Source of the DNA: Obrimoposthia wandeli
Lineage: Eukaryota
Length of the DNA: 64,000 bases
Direction: 5' to 3'
NCBI GenBank assembly: GCA_977020255.1
Contig: CDROCS010000506.1
Span: 2,914,001-2,978,000 of the forward strand
A model generated the notes under the pieces. The model saw only the letters and a list, made by a program, of their open reading frames with translations, did no database searches and had not been told where the DNA came from. Shown here piece by piece: positions 49,784 to 60,895 of the stretch (position 1 is its first letter; every line of letters starts with the position of its first letter). A program made the position numbers and the translations under genes.

Positions 49784-50977
49784 TTATAGGCTAAATTTAT
49801 TTACTACCTCTTTTAGTTCCGAATTCATGGTGCTGAGCTCTTGAGTTGTCGTCGTCGTATGCTCTGCATTGTTTGATAACTCGTTCACGATCAGCTGTAT
49901 TTCTGTCATATTACGCGTGACTTCGGCACTTACTGTGCTTTGCTCTTCTGCAGCCGATGCTATTTGAATCGTCAGTTCATTGATGGTTGAAATCGCCATT
50001 TCCATACTATCAAGATCTTGGTTTACTTCTTGCGTGTCTGCTGCAGTAGTAATACAGCGCTCTTTGGTTTTGTCCATGGCACTGACAACCGCATTAACAC
50101 CGGAATTAAGCTTCGTTAACATGGCATTAATTTCAGAGGTACTGTTTTGAGTACGTGCGGCGAGGGCTCTTACTTCATCTGCGACCACGGCAAAGCCACG
50201 GCCTTGATCACCGGCTCTCGCGGCCTCGATAGCTGCATTTAATGCGAGTAGGTTCGTTTGTTCTGCAATCTCACCGATCACAGTTAATACCGCACCTATT
50301 TGTTGCGTGTGTTGCGCCATACTTTCGATATTTATCACGGTATCTTCAACATCATCAAGTAACGTTTGAACATTATTTGATGCGCGAATCACTGTTGTTT
50401 TAGATTGTGATACAGAATGATGAATTTGCTGTGTTGACGTTGCAGCCTCTGCGGCGTTAGTGGCGACAATCGTTGCTGTCGTAGTCATTTGTTCCATCGC
50501 GGTCACCGCTTGCTCTGTTTCTTTTACATGGCCTAAAATAATGCAGCGTGTGAGTTGTGTTTGGTCTTCGACTTGCATTAGCGAATCTGACATCTTGGCG
50601 GATGAGTTATTCACGGACTGCATTAACGTATGCAAGTAGTTAATAAAATGATTCACTGATTCGCTAATATCACCCACTTCGTCATTTGCTTTAATGGTCA
50701 CGCGAGTCGTTAAATCAGCATTACCTTGTGACAGTAGATCAATATGTTCACGTAATACGATGAGACGTTGCGATAAACGTCTAAATATAAAATAGCAAAA
50801 ACCAATCATTGTCAGCATCAGTGACAGTTGGCCGACAAGGATAATGGATAGAATAAGGGATTCATTTTCGAGTAACAGGGGCGAGACAAACGTTTTAATA
50901 CCTATGGTTGTTAGCACCATAACGACTAAAATAAATGCAATGAAATAGGAAGAGTAAATGGTTTTAATCGATTTCAT
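49784..50977 (-). CDS. Methyl-accepting chemotaxis protein (2 TM, HAMP, signalling domain) with almost no periplasmic domain
   Basis: [34 protein letters not shown] hairpin tip, HAMP (DLTTRV...DEVGDIS), and two TMs separated by about 13 residues. Confidence 0.9.
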   Translation of the reverse strand: MKSIKTIYSSYFIAFILVVMVLTTIGIKTFVSPLLLENESLILSIILVGQLSLMLTMIGFCYFIFRRLSQRLIVLREHIDLLSQGNADLTTRVTIKANDEVGDISESVNHFINYLHTLMQSVNNSSAKMSDSLMQVEDQTQLTRCIILGHVKETEQAVTAMEQMTTTATIVATNAAEAATSTQQIHHSVSQSKTTVIRASNNVQTLLDDVEDTVINIESMAQHTQQIGAVLTVIGEIAEQTNLLALNAAIEAARAGDQGRGFAVVADEVRALAARTQNSTSEINAMLTKLNSGVNAVVSAMDKTKERCITTAADTQEVNQDLDSMEMAISTINELTIQIASAAEEQSTVSAEVTRNMTEIQLIVNELSNNAEHTTTTTQELSTMNSELKEVVNKFSL

Positions 50978-51120
50978 GTTTGACTGCCTTGTAATATCCA
51001 TGACTGTTAGCTAGCTAGGTTACCGACCATCCAGCCGATATCACGAGGTCTTATTATCAACGATTTATAATTTAAATGTTTGATTTGAATCACATATCAA
51101 AACTTAATTTCAATGGTGAA

Positions 51121-52449
51121 TTAAGTTGGGTCTATGGTCGACTGTATTTCACCATCGGTAAAGCGGGTAATTAACTTATCGCCAGGTTTAAGTTTACTCA
51201 CCGAGGTAATGACTTGTTGTTTGTCATTTTGGGTAATTGAATAACCGCGAGTTAGGGTTGCCAATGGACTAACTGTTTGCAGCTGTTGCACCAAGTTTTG
51301 TAGTTGGTTTTGTTCTTGTTGCAAACGGCGTTGCATGGCACTGTGCAAGCGCGTCTGCAAATTGGCCTGTTGTTGCTGCATCGCAGTCAATTTATGTACT
51401 GGAGAGCGAGATTGTAAACGGCCTGTAAGCTGGGTTAAATTTAACTTCTGCTTAGCGATATGGCGATTTACCGCTTGGTTCAAGCGTAAGTTAAGCTCAT
51501 CAAGTTTTTGGCTTTGCTGTTGCAGCTTATGCTGGGGGTGCTGGCTCATCAAAGATTGCTGTAAGTAGCGCTGTTGATGTTGTTTTCTTGCTAGTTGGTT
51601 TTGTATTGCTTTGTTTAAACGATTACTTAGGTTCGTTACTTGTTCCTGCAAGTGCGCTTGATCTTGGCTGACCAGCTCAGCTGCAGCAGAAGGTGTTGGT
51701 GCGCGCATATCTGCGACGAAATCGGCGATAGTGACGTCGATCTCGTGGCCAACGGCGCTGATAATCGGCAGTTGGCTGTTAAAAATAGCGTGTGCAACGG
51801 ATGCTTCATTAAAACACCATAAATCTTCCAACGAACCACCGCCACGGCCGACAATTAACAAGTCGACTTCGTTACGTTGATTCGCAATATTAATCGCGTT
51901 GACAATCGCTGAGGCTGCTTGTGCGCCTTGCACTAGAGTCGGATAGATAATGACAGGTAGATTAGGACTACGACGCTCTAGGACGGTTAGAATGTCATGT
52001 ACGGCGGCACCTGTTGCCGAAGTGACAATACCAATGCGCTTAGCATGTAAGGGCAGGGCTTTTTTATGTGCTTGGGCGAAATAACCTTGTGCATCTAACG
52101 AGGCTTTTAATTGTTCGAATTGCTGTTGTAATAAACCATCGCCTGCGGGGCTTAATGATTCAATGACTAATTGATATTCACCGCGAGGTTCGTACATAGT
52201 GACACGTACTTTGGCTAATACTTGTTGACCGTTAGCGGGGCGAAATGAAACGCGACGGTTGTTACCTTTAAACATTGCGCAGCGTACTTGCGAACGACTA
52301 TCTTTAAGCGATAAGTACCAATGCCCCGATGCGGGCGCAACAAAATTGGAAATTTCACCGGTTAACCACAGCGTACCCATCTCCGATTCTATCAATTGCC
52401 TAACGCTGGCATTTAAGTGAGTCACTGTATAAATATTTGGATTGTTCAA
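51121..52449 (-). CDS. xseA: Exodeoxyribonuclease VII large subunit
   Basis: [51 protein letters not shown] start inferred. Confidence 0.95.
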   Translation of the reverse strand: MNNPNIYTVTHLNASVRQLIESEMGTLWLTGEISNFVAPASGHWYLSLKDSRSQVRCAMFKGNNRRVSFRPANGQQVLAKVRVTMYEPRGEYQLVIESLSPAGDGLLQQQFEQLKASLDAQGYFAQAHKKALPLHAKRIGIVTSATGAAVHDILTVLERRSPNLPVIIYPTLVQGAQAASAIVNAINIANQRNEVDLLIVGRGGGSLEDLWCFNEASVAHAIFNSQLPIISAVGHEIDVTIADFVADMRAPTPSAAAELVSQDQAHLQEQVTNLSNRLNKAIQNQLARKQHQQRYLQQSLMSQHPQHKLQQQSQKLDELNLRLNQAVNRHIAKQKLNLTQLTGRLQSRSPVHKLTAMQQQQANLQTRLHSAMQRRLQQEQNQLQNLVQQLQTVSPLATLTRGYSITQNDKQQVITSVSKLKPGDKLITRFTDGEIQSTIDPT

Positions 52450-52663
52450 AATAAGGCTCTCTCGCGCTAAGCAGTTAAAATCTGATGACATTACGTTGGC
52501 ATATTGTAGCAGATTTGCTTTTTAATGGGCATTAAGATCAAGCAAAACTAAATAAAGTTGAAATATAATTTGCTTTTACCCTAAACCATCCATATACTTC
52601 GTCCGCAATATTTATACCAATTATGTCGTCCATTTTATCCCTTTACAAGGTGAGATATTGCCC

Positions 52664-54127
52664 ATGCTAAGAATTGCCAAAGAAGCCCTTACCTTTGATG
52701 ACGTACTGCTTGTACCTGCTCATTCAACTGTTCTACCGAACGATGCGAACCTAAAAACTCAACTAACGAAAAAAATCTCGTTAAACATACCTATGCTTGC
52801 TGCTGCGATGGACACAGTAACTGAAGGTCGTTTAGCGATTGCGCTAGCTGAAGAAGGTGGCATTGGTTTTATTCACAAGAACATGTCAATCGAGCGTCAA
52901 GCTGCTGAAGTACGTTTAGTTAAAAAATATGTAAGTGGTATTGTTGCTGAGCCCGTTACTGTAAAACCTGATATGACTATTGCTGATGTAGCTGAACTAG
53001 CTAAGCAATACGGTTTTGCTGGCTTTCCTGTAGTAACCGAAGCCAATGACCTAGTGGGTATCATTACTGGTCGTGATGTACGTTTTGTTGATGATTTAAC
53101 TGCCCTAGTTTCATCAGTAATGACACCGAAAGATCGTTTAGTGACTGTTGGACAAAAGTCTTCTCGTGAAGAAGTACTTGGCCTAATGCACAAACACCGT
53201 ATTGAAAAAGTACTTGCTGTAAACGCAGACTTTAAACTGACGGGTATGATCACGGTTAAAGATTTTAAACAAGCAGAGAAAAAACCAAACGCATGTAAAG
53301 ACGAATTAGGTCGTTTACGTGTAGGTGCTGCTGTAGGCGCTGGTGGTTCAACTGGTGAACGTATCGACGCATTAGTAGAAGCGGGTGTTGATGTTCTATT
53401 AATTGATTCATCACACGGCCATTCTCAAGGCGTTCTAAACCGTATTAAAGAAACACGCGCTGCATACCCAGATTTAGAAATCGTTGGTGGTAACGTAGCA
53501 ACTGGCGCAGGTGCTCTAGCATTAGTAGAAGCTGGCGTTAGCTGCGTTAAAGTTGGTATCGGCCCTGGTTCAATCTGTACTACTCGTATCGTTACGGGTG
53601 TTGGTGTTCCACAAATCACAGCAATCAATGACGCTGTAACAGCATTAGAAGGTACTGGTATTCCAGTTATCGCTGATGGTGGTATCCGTTTCTCTGGTGA
53701 TATCGCCAAAGCACTTGCTGCTGGTGCATCATGTGTAATGGTTGGTTCTATGTTCGCTGGTACTGAAGAAGCACCGGGCGAAGTTGAACTTTATCAAGGT
53801 CGTGCATACAAGTCATACCGTGGTATGGGTTCATTAGGCGCTATGTCTAAGGGTTCATCTGACCGTTACTTCCAATCAGAAAACGCTGCTGACAAATTAG
53901 TACCTGAAGGTATTGAAGGTCGTGTTCCTTATAAAGGCAAATTGAAAGAAATCATCCATCAACAAATGGGTGGTATTCGTTCTTCAATGGGTCTAACTGG
54001 TTGTGCAACTATCCATGACATGAACACGAAAGCTGAATTTGTTCGTATCACTGGTTCTGGTATCACAGAAAGCCATGTTCATGATGTGATCATGACTAAA
54101 GAAGCGCCAAACTACCGTTCAAACTAA
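52664..54127 (+). CDS. guaB: IMP dehydrogenase
   Basis: [12 protein letters not shown] pair, [17 protein letters not shown]. Confidence 0.97.
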   Translation: MLRIAKEALTFDDVLLVPAHSTVLPNDANLKTQLTKKISLNIPMLAAAMDTVTEGRLAIALAEEGGIGFIHKNMSIERQAAEVRLVKKYVSGIVAEPVTVKPDMTIADVAELAKQYGFAGFPVVTEANDLVGIITGRDVRFVDDLTALVSSVMTPKDRLVTVGQKSSREEVLGLMHKHRIEKVLAVNADFKLTGMITVKDFKQAEKKPNACKDELGRLRVGAAVGAGGSTGERIDALVEAGVDVLLIDSSHGHSQGVLNRIKETRAAYPDLEIVGGNVATGAGALALVEAGVSCVKVGIGPGSICTTRIVTGVGVPQITAINDAVTALEGTGIPVIADGGIRFSGDIAKALAAGASCVMVGSMFAGTEEAPGEVELYQGRAYKSYRGMGSLGAMSKGSSDRYFQSENAADKLVPEGIEGRVPYKGKLKEIIHQQMGGIRSSMGLTGCATIHDMNTKAEFVRITGSGITESHVHDVIMTKEAPNYRSN

Positions 54128-54240
54128 GTTAGTTTTAGCAAAATAGATAGTTCGAAACTGATAATTCAAGAGGAGACAAATGTCTCCTCTTACTATTATT
54201 ATAAACATAACAACTAAATATATTTACAGGAATATCTTTA

Positions 54241-55821
54241 ATGACCACAAATATTCATGAGCAAAAAATCCTAATCTTGGACTTTGGTTCTCAATATACG
54301 CAGTTAATCGCTCGTCGTATCCGTGAAATCGGTGTTTACTGTGAATTATGGACATGGGATGTAGATGAAGCGGCAATCCGTGAATTCAATCCAAACGGTA
54401 TTATCCTTGCTGGTGGCCCTGAAAGCGTAACTGAAGCGGGTTCACCTCGTGCACCTGAATATGTATTCAACGCAGGCGTACCTGTATTGGGTATCTGTTA
54501 CGGTATGCAAACTATGTCTGAGCAACTTGGTGGCAAAGTCATCAAAGGTACTGGCGAAGGCGAATTTGGTTATGCACAAATCGAAATGCAAGCGCCTTCT
54601 GCGCTATTCAACTCTATCGAAGATGCAGTATCTGAATCAGGTAAAGCACTATTAGACGTATGGATGAGCCACGGTGATAAAGTTTCTGCTATTCCAGAAG
54701 GCTTTGTAACAGTTGCTAACACAGCGACTTGTCAGTTTGCTGCTATGGCAAACGAAGAAAAACGTTTTTACGGTGTTCAGTTCCACCCAGAAGTAACACA
54801 TACTCGTCAAGGTGAGCGTATGCTTTCTCACTTTGCAAAAGACATTTGTGGCTGTGACGGACTTTGGACTTCAACTTCAATTATTGATGATGCGATTGCT
54901 CGTATGAAAGAGCAAATCGGCGATGATGAAGTTATCCTAGGTTTATCTGGCGGTGTTGATTCATCTGTTGTTGCTATGTTATTACAACGCGCAATTGGCG
55001 ATAAGCTAACATGTGTATTCGTTGATAACGGTCTACTTCGTTTAAACGAAGGCGAGCAAGTAATGGATATGTTTGGTGATCGCTTCGGTCTTAAAATTGT
55101 TCACGTGAAAGCTGAAGATCGCTTCCTAGAGCAAATGGCTGGCGAAAACGATCCAGAAGCTAAACGTAAAATCATTGGTCGTGTATTTGTTGAAATCTTT
55201 GATGAAGAATCGAAGAAATTATCAAACGCTAAATGGTTAGCGCAAGGTACTATCTACCCTGACGTGATCGAATCTGCTGCGACTAAGAATGGTAAAGCAC
55301 ACGTCATTAAATCTCACCATAACGTAGGTGGTTTACCTGACGATATGGAAATGGGTCTAGTTGAACCATTACGTGAGTTATTTAAAGATGAAGTACGTAA
55401 GATTGGTCTAGAACTAGGTCTTCCATACAACATGCTTTACCGTCACCCATTCCCTGGACCTGGTCTAGGTGTGCGTGTACTTGGCGAAGTGAAGAAAGAA
55501 TATTGCGACCTATTACGTCGTGCTGATGCTATCTTCATCGAAGAACTACACAAAGCGGAACTTTACCATAAAGTAAGCCAAGCATTTGTTGTATTCTTAC
55601 CAGTACGCTCTGTTGGCGTAATGGGCGATTGCCGTAAGTATGATTGGGTTGTATCACTACGTTGTGTAGAAACAATCGACTTTATGACAGCACGTTGGTC
55701 ACATCTTCCGTATGATTTAATCGGTCATGTTTCAAACCGTATTATCAACGAAATCGATGGTATTTCTCGTGTGGTTTACGATGTATCTGGTAAGCCACCT
55801 GCAACAATTGAGTGGGAATAA
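54241..55821 (+). CDS. guaA: GMP synthase (glutamine-hydrolysing)
   Basis: [41 protein letters not shown]. Confidence 0.97.
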   Translation: MTTNIHEQKILILDFGSQYTQLIARRIREIGVYCELWTWDVDEAAIREFNPNGIILAGGPESVTEAGSPRAPEYVFNAGVPVLGICYGMQTMSEQLGGKVIKGTGEGEFGYAQIEMQAPSALFNSIEDAVSESGKALLDVWMSHGDKVSAIPEGFVTVANTATCQFAAMANEEKRFYGVQFHPEVTHTRQGERMLSHFAKDICGCDGLWTSTSIIDDAIARMKEQIGDDEVILGLSGGVDSSVVAMLLQRAIGDKLTCVFVDNGLLRLNEGEQVMDMFGDRFGLKIVHVKAEDRFLEQMAGENDPEAKRKIIGRVFVEIFDEESKKLSNAKWLAQGTIYPDVIESAATKNGKAHVIKSHHNVGGLPDDMEMGLVEPLRELFKDEVRKIGLELGLPYNMLYRHPFPGPGLGVRVLGEVKKEYCDLLRRADAIFIEELHKAELYHKVSQAFVVFLPVRSVGVMGDCRKYDWVVSLRCVETIDFMTARWSHLPYDLIGHVSNRIINEIDGISRVVYDVSGKPPATIEWE

Positions 55822-55873
55822 TCCTCTCTTAATTAAGCAGTAGATAAATATTGATAAACAGCGCTTGCTGTTA

Positions 55874-55903
55874 AGGCCGTTCACTTAAGTGAGCGGCTTT
55901 TTT
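55874..55903 (+). terminator. Terminator after guaA
   Basis: GGCCGTTCAC-TTAA-GTGAGCGGCT followed by a T run. Confidence 0.85.
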
Positions 55904-56072
55904 ATTTCTGGCTTAGTATCAGGTCTAGCTGAATAGCGGTTAAGGTTCGTGAGTTCACATATCCTATATTTTCTATTTACTTGATTCTATAGGCTTATCT
56001 TTTCAATAAAAGGTAAACATCTCCCTGAGTGTGATGCTTATCGTCTAAAGTCATTAATCCCCGCTTACCAAT

Positions 56073-56088
56073 TGTGATTTTAATCAAC
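56073..56088. promoter_or_regulatory. Candidate CRP site upstream of the pullulanase
   Basis: TGTGA-TTTTAA-TCAAC compared with TGTGA-N6-TCACA (8/10). Confidence 0.5.
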
Positions 56089-56145
56089 AAAACCATCATC
56101 TCTGTTTTTCTAATCCATCGTCCTACGCCTTTAATTTTATTATGT

Positions 56146-56181
56146 AGGGATGATTGATTTATATCGATATTTTCTTAGTCT
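56146..56181 (+). promoter_or_regulatory. Candidate MalT box plus -10 element
   Basis: GGGATGA (56147-56153) and TAGTCT (56176-56181). The spacing puts the box near -37.5, as in MalT-dependent promoters. Confidence 0.45.
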
Positions 56182-56227
56182 ACAGTTCCTCTGCATTAAC
56201 TATTATTTATAATAAATGGATGTAACA

Positions 56228-59200
56228 ATGACTAATATTAATACCTTATTCAAGCGTTCTTATTTAACTAAGTCGATCATTACGGTTATGGCTTCAGCTT
56301 TACTTTTTGGCTGTAATTCATCTTCGGATGATAACCATACTGCACCTGTTAAAGACTCCGAGTACAAAGTATATTTTAAGTCAGCCACAGATAACTATGC
56401 GAATGCGAGTTTATATGTATGGAATGATGGATCTTGTGGCGCCTATGCTGGTAGTAACACGGATGCTGGAGATTGGAATAAAGGACTTAAACCTGATGGA
56501 AAAGACCCTGAATTTGGTATTTATTGGTTATTAGATGTTAATCAAAAAGAAGCATCGCAATGTGTTAATTTTATTCCGCGAATAGGGGATGATAATAGTA
56601 AACCGCTAGGTGATTTTAATCCCCAACTAAAGCTAACCCAAACTAATGACAAAGGTGAAGTATTTACTCAAGAAGGAGTGGGCGCTGTCTATCCAGAACT
56701 GATCACAAGTGATGATGTACCTGAAAATCATGCTCGGATATACATGAACACGCCAGATGGCGACGATAATGATTTTAGGCTACATGTGTGGAATGAAGGC
56801 GAATGTAACAATTTAGACGGTAATGATTCTAAGTGGCCAGGCCTTGAGTCTACAGGAGTCAGTGATACCTATGGTGTTTATTGGGATATACCTGTTAACG
56901 GTACAGATAACTGCCTTAATCTCATCGCGAATACCAAGAGTAATGGTGACTTTCAAAGCGCTAACCTTAAATTTGAATTTGATAGCTCTACAGCAATAGG
57001 TAATATCGGTTTCATTTTTAAGGGGTCCAATAAAGTCTACTATGATGCATTAGCAAATAAACCAGCGAATATCATTGAACAGTCGGGTGCAAGCGCCATT
57101 TTTGCTAGCGATAACGTGCTATTAATCAATAGTAAAGACGCGACTAAAGTTGAATTATATTACGCTCGTAATGCCGGTATGGCATTTGATAGCGCGACTA
57201 AAAAAATAACGGCAGCAGATGGTGTGCTCAGCAGTGACACAAGAAGTGCATCTGAAGAATGGCAGGGTTCGGAAAAAAAACCTCATTTAGCGCAGGATTT
57301 TATCGCCTTTGACCTTGATTTTTCAACGGCGAGTATTAGTTTAAAAGAAGCGTTGAAAGGCCAATTGATTTTAGTCGCTTCCGATGCCTCGGGTGTTATT
57401 AAAGTCACAGAAGTGCAAACTGCAAGTGCGTTAGATGCACTTTATGCATCTAACGCGCGAACCGAAAAATTTGGTGCGATAATAAACTCTAGCGGTACTA
57501 CTTTCCGCTTATGGGCGCCGACCTCGCAATCGGTTAGTTTAGTTCCTTATAGTGAAAGTAAGGTCGAAGGTACAAAAATACCAATGACCTTTGACCAAGA
57601 TTCCGGTAGTTGGGTTGCAGAAAATACAGCACTCGCACACGGTGACTTTTACAAATATGAAGTGACCGTTTACCATCCTGCGACAGACAAAATAGAAACG
57701 TATCAAGTCACAGACCCCTATTCATTAAGCCTTTCAACTAACTCTGAATTGAGTCAAGTTATTGATTTAAAAAATGCCGCTGTTACTCCAGCTGGTTGGG
57801 GGGAGCTAAAAGCACCTCATGCGCAAAATAACCCTGCTGAATTTGTTTTATATGAAGCACATGTTCGTGATTTTTCAGCATTAGATATATCCACGCCTCA
57901 AGCAAGCCGAGGCAAGTATTCTGCTTTTAGTCAACCTGATTCCGATCCGGTTAAACATTTAAAATCATTATCGAAATCGGGTGTTTCTCATCTGCATTTA
58001 TTACCAGTCTTTGATATAGCCACCATCAATGAAGATAGCTCGCAGGTGGCGAATATTGATGAACCTTTTTCTAAATTATGTAATCTAAAGCCTGAGATAA
58101 AAGATGATGCTGAGTTTGCGGGCTATTGCAGCAGTAGTGACACAATAGCATCTGTGTTTGAACAGTTATTACCAAGTGATTCACCGACTAATGCAGTTGT
58201 TCAACGTTTGAATGCTTATGTTCGAGATGTCGATGGTTTCAATTGGGGTTACGACCCATTCCATTACACCGTGCCAGAAGGCTCATACTCAAGTAATCCT
58301 GATGGTATGACGCGTATTAAAGAGTTTCGAGAAATGGTCATGGCGATTAAAAGTGATATCGGCATGAATGTGGTGATGGACATTGTGTATAACCACACCA
58401 ATGAATCGGGAGTGAGTAGTAAATCTGTTTTAGACCGAATTGTGCCTTGGTACTATCAGCGTTTAAATGAATTTTCGGGTGAGGTAGAAAACTCAACATG
58501 TTGTTCAAATACGGCACCTGAAAATGCGATGATGGCTAAATTGATTTCAGACTCGCTGGTCGTTTGGGCTGAAGATTATAAGATTGATGCGTTCCGTTGG
58601 GATTTGATGGGGCATCATCCTAAAGCGCAAATATTAGAGTCACTGGCTGCAGTAAAAGCCGTTGATCCTGATACCTACTTTTATGGTGAAGGTTGGAACT
58701 TTGGTGAAGTAGGAAATGATCGTCAGTTTACCCAAGCCACACAAGCAAATATGTATGGCACGGGTGTTGGCACATTCTCTGATCGACTACGTGACTCTGT
58801 TCGTGGTGGTGGTCCATTTGATTCCGAAATAGGATTACGAGAAGGCCAAGGTTTTGGTAACGGCGCGTTTGTATTACCTAACGAGCAAAATAAAGTAACC
58901 AAAGAAACCGCATTGCATTTAGCTGATTTAACGCGCTTAGGTATGGCTGGTAACCTAAGAGATTATCCGTTAACTGATAGTAAAGATAACAGCATTACAG
59001 GAGGGGCGTTGGACTACAATGGCCAAGCCGCTGGTTATGCTAAAGATGCGTGGGAAGTTCAAAATTACGTATCAAAACACGATAACCAAACATTATGGGA
59101 TAATAATCAATATAAGATTGGCTATGACGTTTCAGCTGAGATACGAGTACGCATGCAAGCGTTATCACTGGCTACGGCGATGTTAGGTCAAGGTGTACCA

Positions 59201-59821
59201 TTTATCCATATGGGCAGTGAACTATTGAGATCTAAATCAATGCAGCGCGATTCTTATGACTCTGGCGATTTGTATAACCGTGTTGATTTCACCGCTCAAA
59301 ACAATAACTGGAATGTGGGTTTACCACGTGAAGATAAGGATGGTAGTAACTGGAAAGTAATTCAAGATGTTATAGACACCTCAGCTGAAAACGCAATGCC
59401 AACGGCTGAAAATATAAAAGTGATGAAATCATTTTATGATGAATTTGCTTTATTACGTGCCTCTTCAGGCTTACTGACTCTCGGGCATGGTGAGGAGATC
59501 ATTAAACGAGTACGGTTCCATAATACAGGTAGTGAGCAACAAGCTGGACAGATTGTCATGAGTATTGATAATAGTGGTGCTCACTACAGCGCTAATATAG
59601 ATAAGGATCGTGATGGCTTAGTGGTTGTTGTGAATGCGACTCCTACAGCAATCAAGGAGTTCCAAGGTTTTGATGCTGAAGGTTATCGCTTACATGCGAC
59701 TCAAACGACCAAAGGCGATCAATCTATTGCTCAGAGTGGGATTGATATATCGAGTATAACGAACAGCAAGATTAATACTCCGGCATGGTCTGTCGCGGTA
59801 TTTGAAAAGATGCATGAATAA
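56228..59821 (+). CDS. pulA: Lipoprotein pullulanase (type I, GH13) with two N-terminal CBM41-like modules
   Basis: Lipobox LLFGC, two YVWN/HVWN...GVYW modules, FRLWAPT, NWGYDP, RWDLMG, YGEGW, SKHDN. Confidence 0.92.
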   Translation: MTNINTLFKRSYLTKSIITVMASALLFGCNSSSDDNHTAPVKDSEYKVYFKSATDNYANASLYVWNDGSCGAYAGSNTDAGDWNKGLKPDGKDPEFGIYWLLDVNQKEASQCVNFIPRIGDDNSKPLGDFNPQLKLTQTNDKGEVFTQEGVGAVYPELITSDDVPENHARIYMNTPDGDDNDFRLHVWNEGECNNLDGNDSKWPGLESTGVSDTYGVYWDIPVNGTDNCLNLIANTKSNGDFQSANLKFEFDSSTAIGNIGFIFKGSNKVYYDALANKPANIIEQSGASAIFASDNVLLINSKDATKVELYYARNAGMAFDSATKKITAADGVLSSDTRSASEEWQGSEKKPHLAQDFIAFDLDFSTASISLKEALKGQLILVASDASGVIKVTEVQTASALDALYASNARTEKFGAIINSSGTTFRLWAPTSQSVSLVPYSESKVEGTKIPMTFDQDSGSWVAENTALAHGDFYKYEVTVYHPATDKIETYQVTDPYSLSLSTNSELSQVIDLKNAAVTPAGWGELKAPHAQNNPAEFVLYEAHVRDFSALDISTPQASRGKYSAFSQPDSDPVKHLKSLSKSGVSHLHLLPVFDIATINEDSSQVANIDEPFSKLCNLKPEIKDDAEFAGYCSSSDTIASVFEQLLPSDSPTNAVVQRLNAYVRDVDGFNWGYDPFHYTVPEGSYSSNPDGMTRIKEFREMVMAIKSDIGMNVVMDIVYNHTNESGVSSKSVLDRIVPWYYQRLNEFSGEVENSTCCSNTAPENAMMAKLISDSLVVWAEDYKIDAFRWDLMGHHPKAQILESLAAVKAVDPDTYFYGEGWNFGEVGNDRQFTQATQANMYGTGVGTFSDRLRDSVRGGGPFDSEIGLREGQGFGNGAFVLPNEQNKVTKETALHLADLTRLGMAGNLRDYPLTDSKDNSITGGALDYNGQAAGYAKDAWEVQNYVSKHDNQTLWDNNQYKIGYDVSAEIRVRMQALSLATAMLGQGVPFIHMGSELLRSKSMQRDSYDSGDLYNRVDFTAQNNNWNVGLPREDKDGSNWKVIQDVIDTSAENAMPTAENIKVMKSFYDEFALLRASSGLLTLGHGEEIIKRVRFHNTGSEQQAGQIVMSIDNSGAHYSANIDKDRDGLVVVVNATPTAIKEFQGFDAEGYRLHATQTTKGDQSIAQSGIDISSITNSKINTPAWSVAVFEKMHE

Positions 59822-60134
59822 GTAAAAGACGGTGCGTTTGATTGTCGATTAGGCGCACTATCAATTGTTATAATATAGATTTTAGATTTTAGATTTAAGG
59901 TCTTTATTTTATGATTTTCCCCTAGAATAAATTCAACCACAGCATGAAGGTGTAGCTAATCCTCTACTACTTATTTTATTCTTAGGGTTATCTGCCGTGA
60001 GAAGGGAGGTATTCCTTGTCGCGGTAGTTTTACATCGCGAGGTATTTTGTTATAACAGAGATAGGTATGGATACCGATTTATTATTGATGCACTTGCGAC
60101 AATTAATTTATTTATAACAATGGATGTTAAGCCA

Positions 60135-60620
60135 ATGAAATTATTTACAGCCTTTTCTCATGCACAGTTAAAACGTGCAAAACTGCTCACCACTACCGTC
60201 ATGCTATTATTACTCACTGCCTGTAGCAGTACTGATGTTCGGTTAAACTTATCTGCGTCAGCAGATCTCAATAGCAACATACACAGCGAACCTTCTCCTG
60301 TGATGGTTAAGGTTTATCAATTATCGTCGGTCAGTACTTTTCGCAATGCCAGTTTCGATCAGCTATGGCAAGCGGATGAATTGATACTTGGGACAGATCT
60401 CGTTGATAAACAAGTATTCAGTGTACAACCTAATGCCAAGTTAAATTATGAATTCGTACAAGTCGATGATGCTGAGTACATTGCCATGTTTGTGATGTTT
60501 AGAAACGCAGATCAAGATCGTTGGCGTTGGTTGCACAAGTTGGATGGCGGGATTGTGCCGTTTGATACTGAGTTTGATATTCGCTTGATGAATAATAAAA
60601 TTTATTATTCAGATAACTAA
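60135..60620 (+). CDS. tssJ: Type VI secretion lipoprotein TssJ/VasD/SciN-like, orphan
   Basis: Lipobox LLTAC, A--DLN-----PSPVMVKVYQL---F---F--L, V-P, YIAMFVMFR----RWR pattern. Start placed at ATG 60135. Confidence 0.8.
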   Translation: MKLFTAFSHAQLKRAKLLTTTVMLLLLTACSSTDVRLNLSASADLNSNIHSEPSPVMVKVYQLSSVSTFRNASFDQLWQADELILGTDLVDKQVFSVQPNAKLNYEFVQVDDAEYIAMFVMFRNADQDRWRWLHKLDGGIVPFDTEFDIRLMNNKIYYSDN

Positions 60621-60632
60621 TTTACTATTCAG

Positions 60633-60708
60633 TCACCAATCAACTGACTAAGTAATTCAGCAAGCAACCAACGAACCAACTAAACAAACAGATAAGCAGA
60701 TAATCAGA
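60633..60708 (+). repeat. Degenerate tetranucleotide tract (consensus YAAC, 19 units)
   Basis: tcac caat caac tgac taag taat tcag caag caac caac gaac caac taaa caaa caga taag caga taat caga. Confidence 0.7.
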
Positions 60709-60740
60709 AGGGTAGACATCTTACGTCTGCCCCTATTTTC
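60709..60740 (+). terminator. Terminator-like hairpin after tssJ
   Basis: AGGGTAGAC ... GTCTGCCCCT followed by ATTTTC. Confidence 0.55.
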
Positions 60741-60895
60741 GCTAATAACTTTAGCGTCTATCTCGGGGGGAGGTTATTAAGTGGTTATTTAAACCGTCAT
60801 AATTGGCACAAACCTCTTCTTCCCTTGATATTCTCTCCGTTGATAACTAGACTAGCGAACTATTTCAATTTTAAGTTCGATTTTAAGGTACCTTC

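Noticed and set aside
54168-54191. AAGAGGAGACA-AA-TGTCTCCTCTT between guaB and guaA resembles the island palindrome
   Set aside because: The spacer is 2 bp rather than 3, no sigma54 element follows, and the 11-bp perfect stem is better explained as an intercistronic RNA hairpin.
59997-60134. 46-codon N-terminal extension of tssJ in the ORF track
   Set aside because: It would bury the lipoprotein signal peptide. ATG 60135 gives a normal signal and lipobox.
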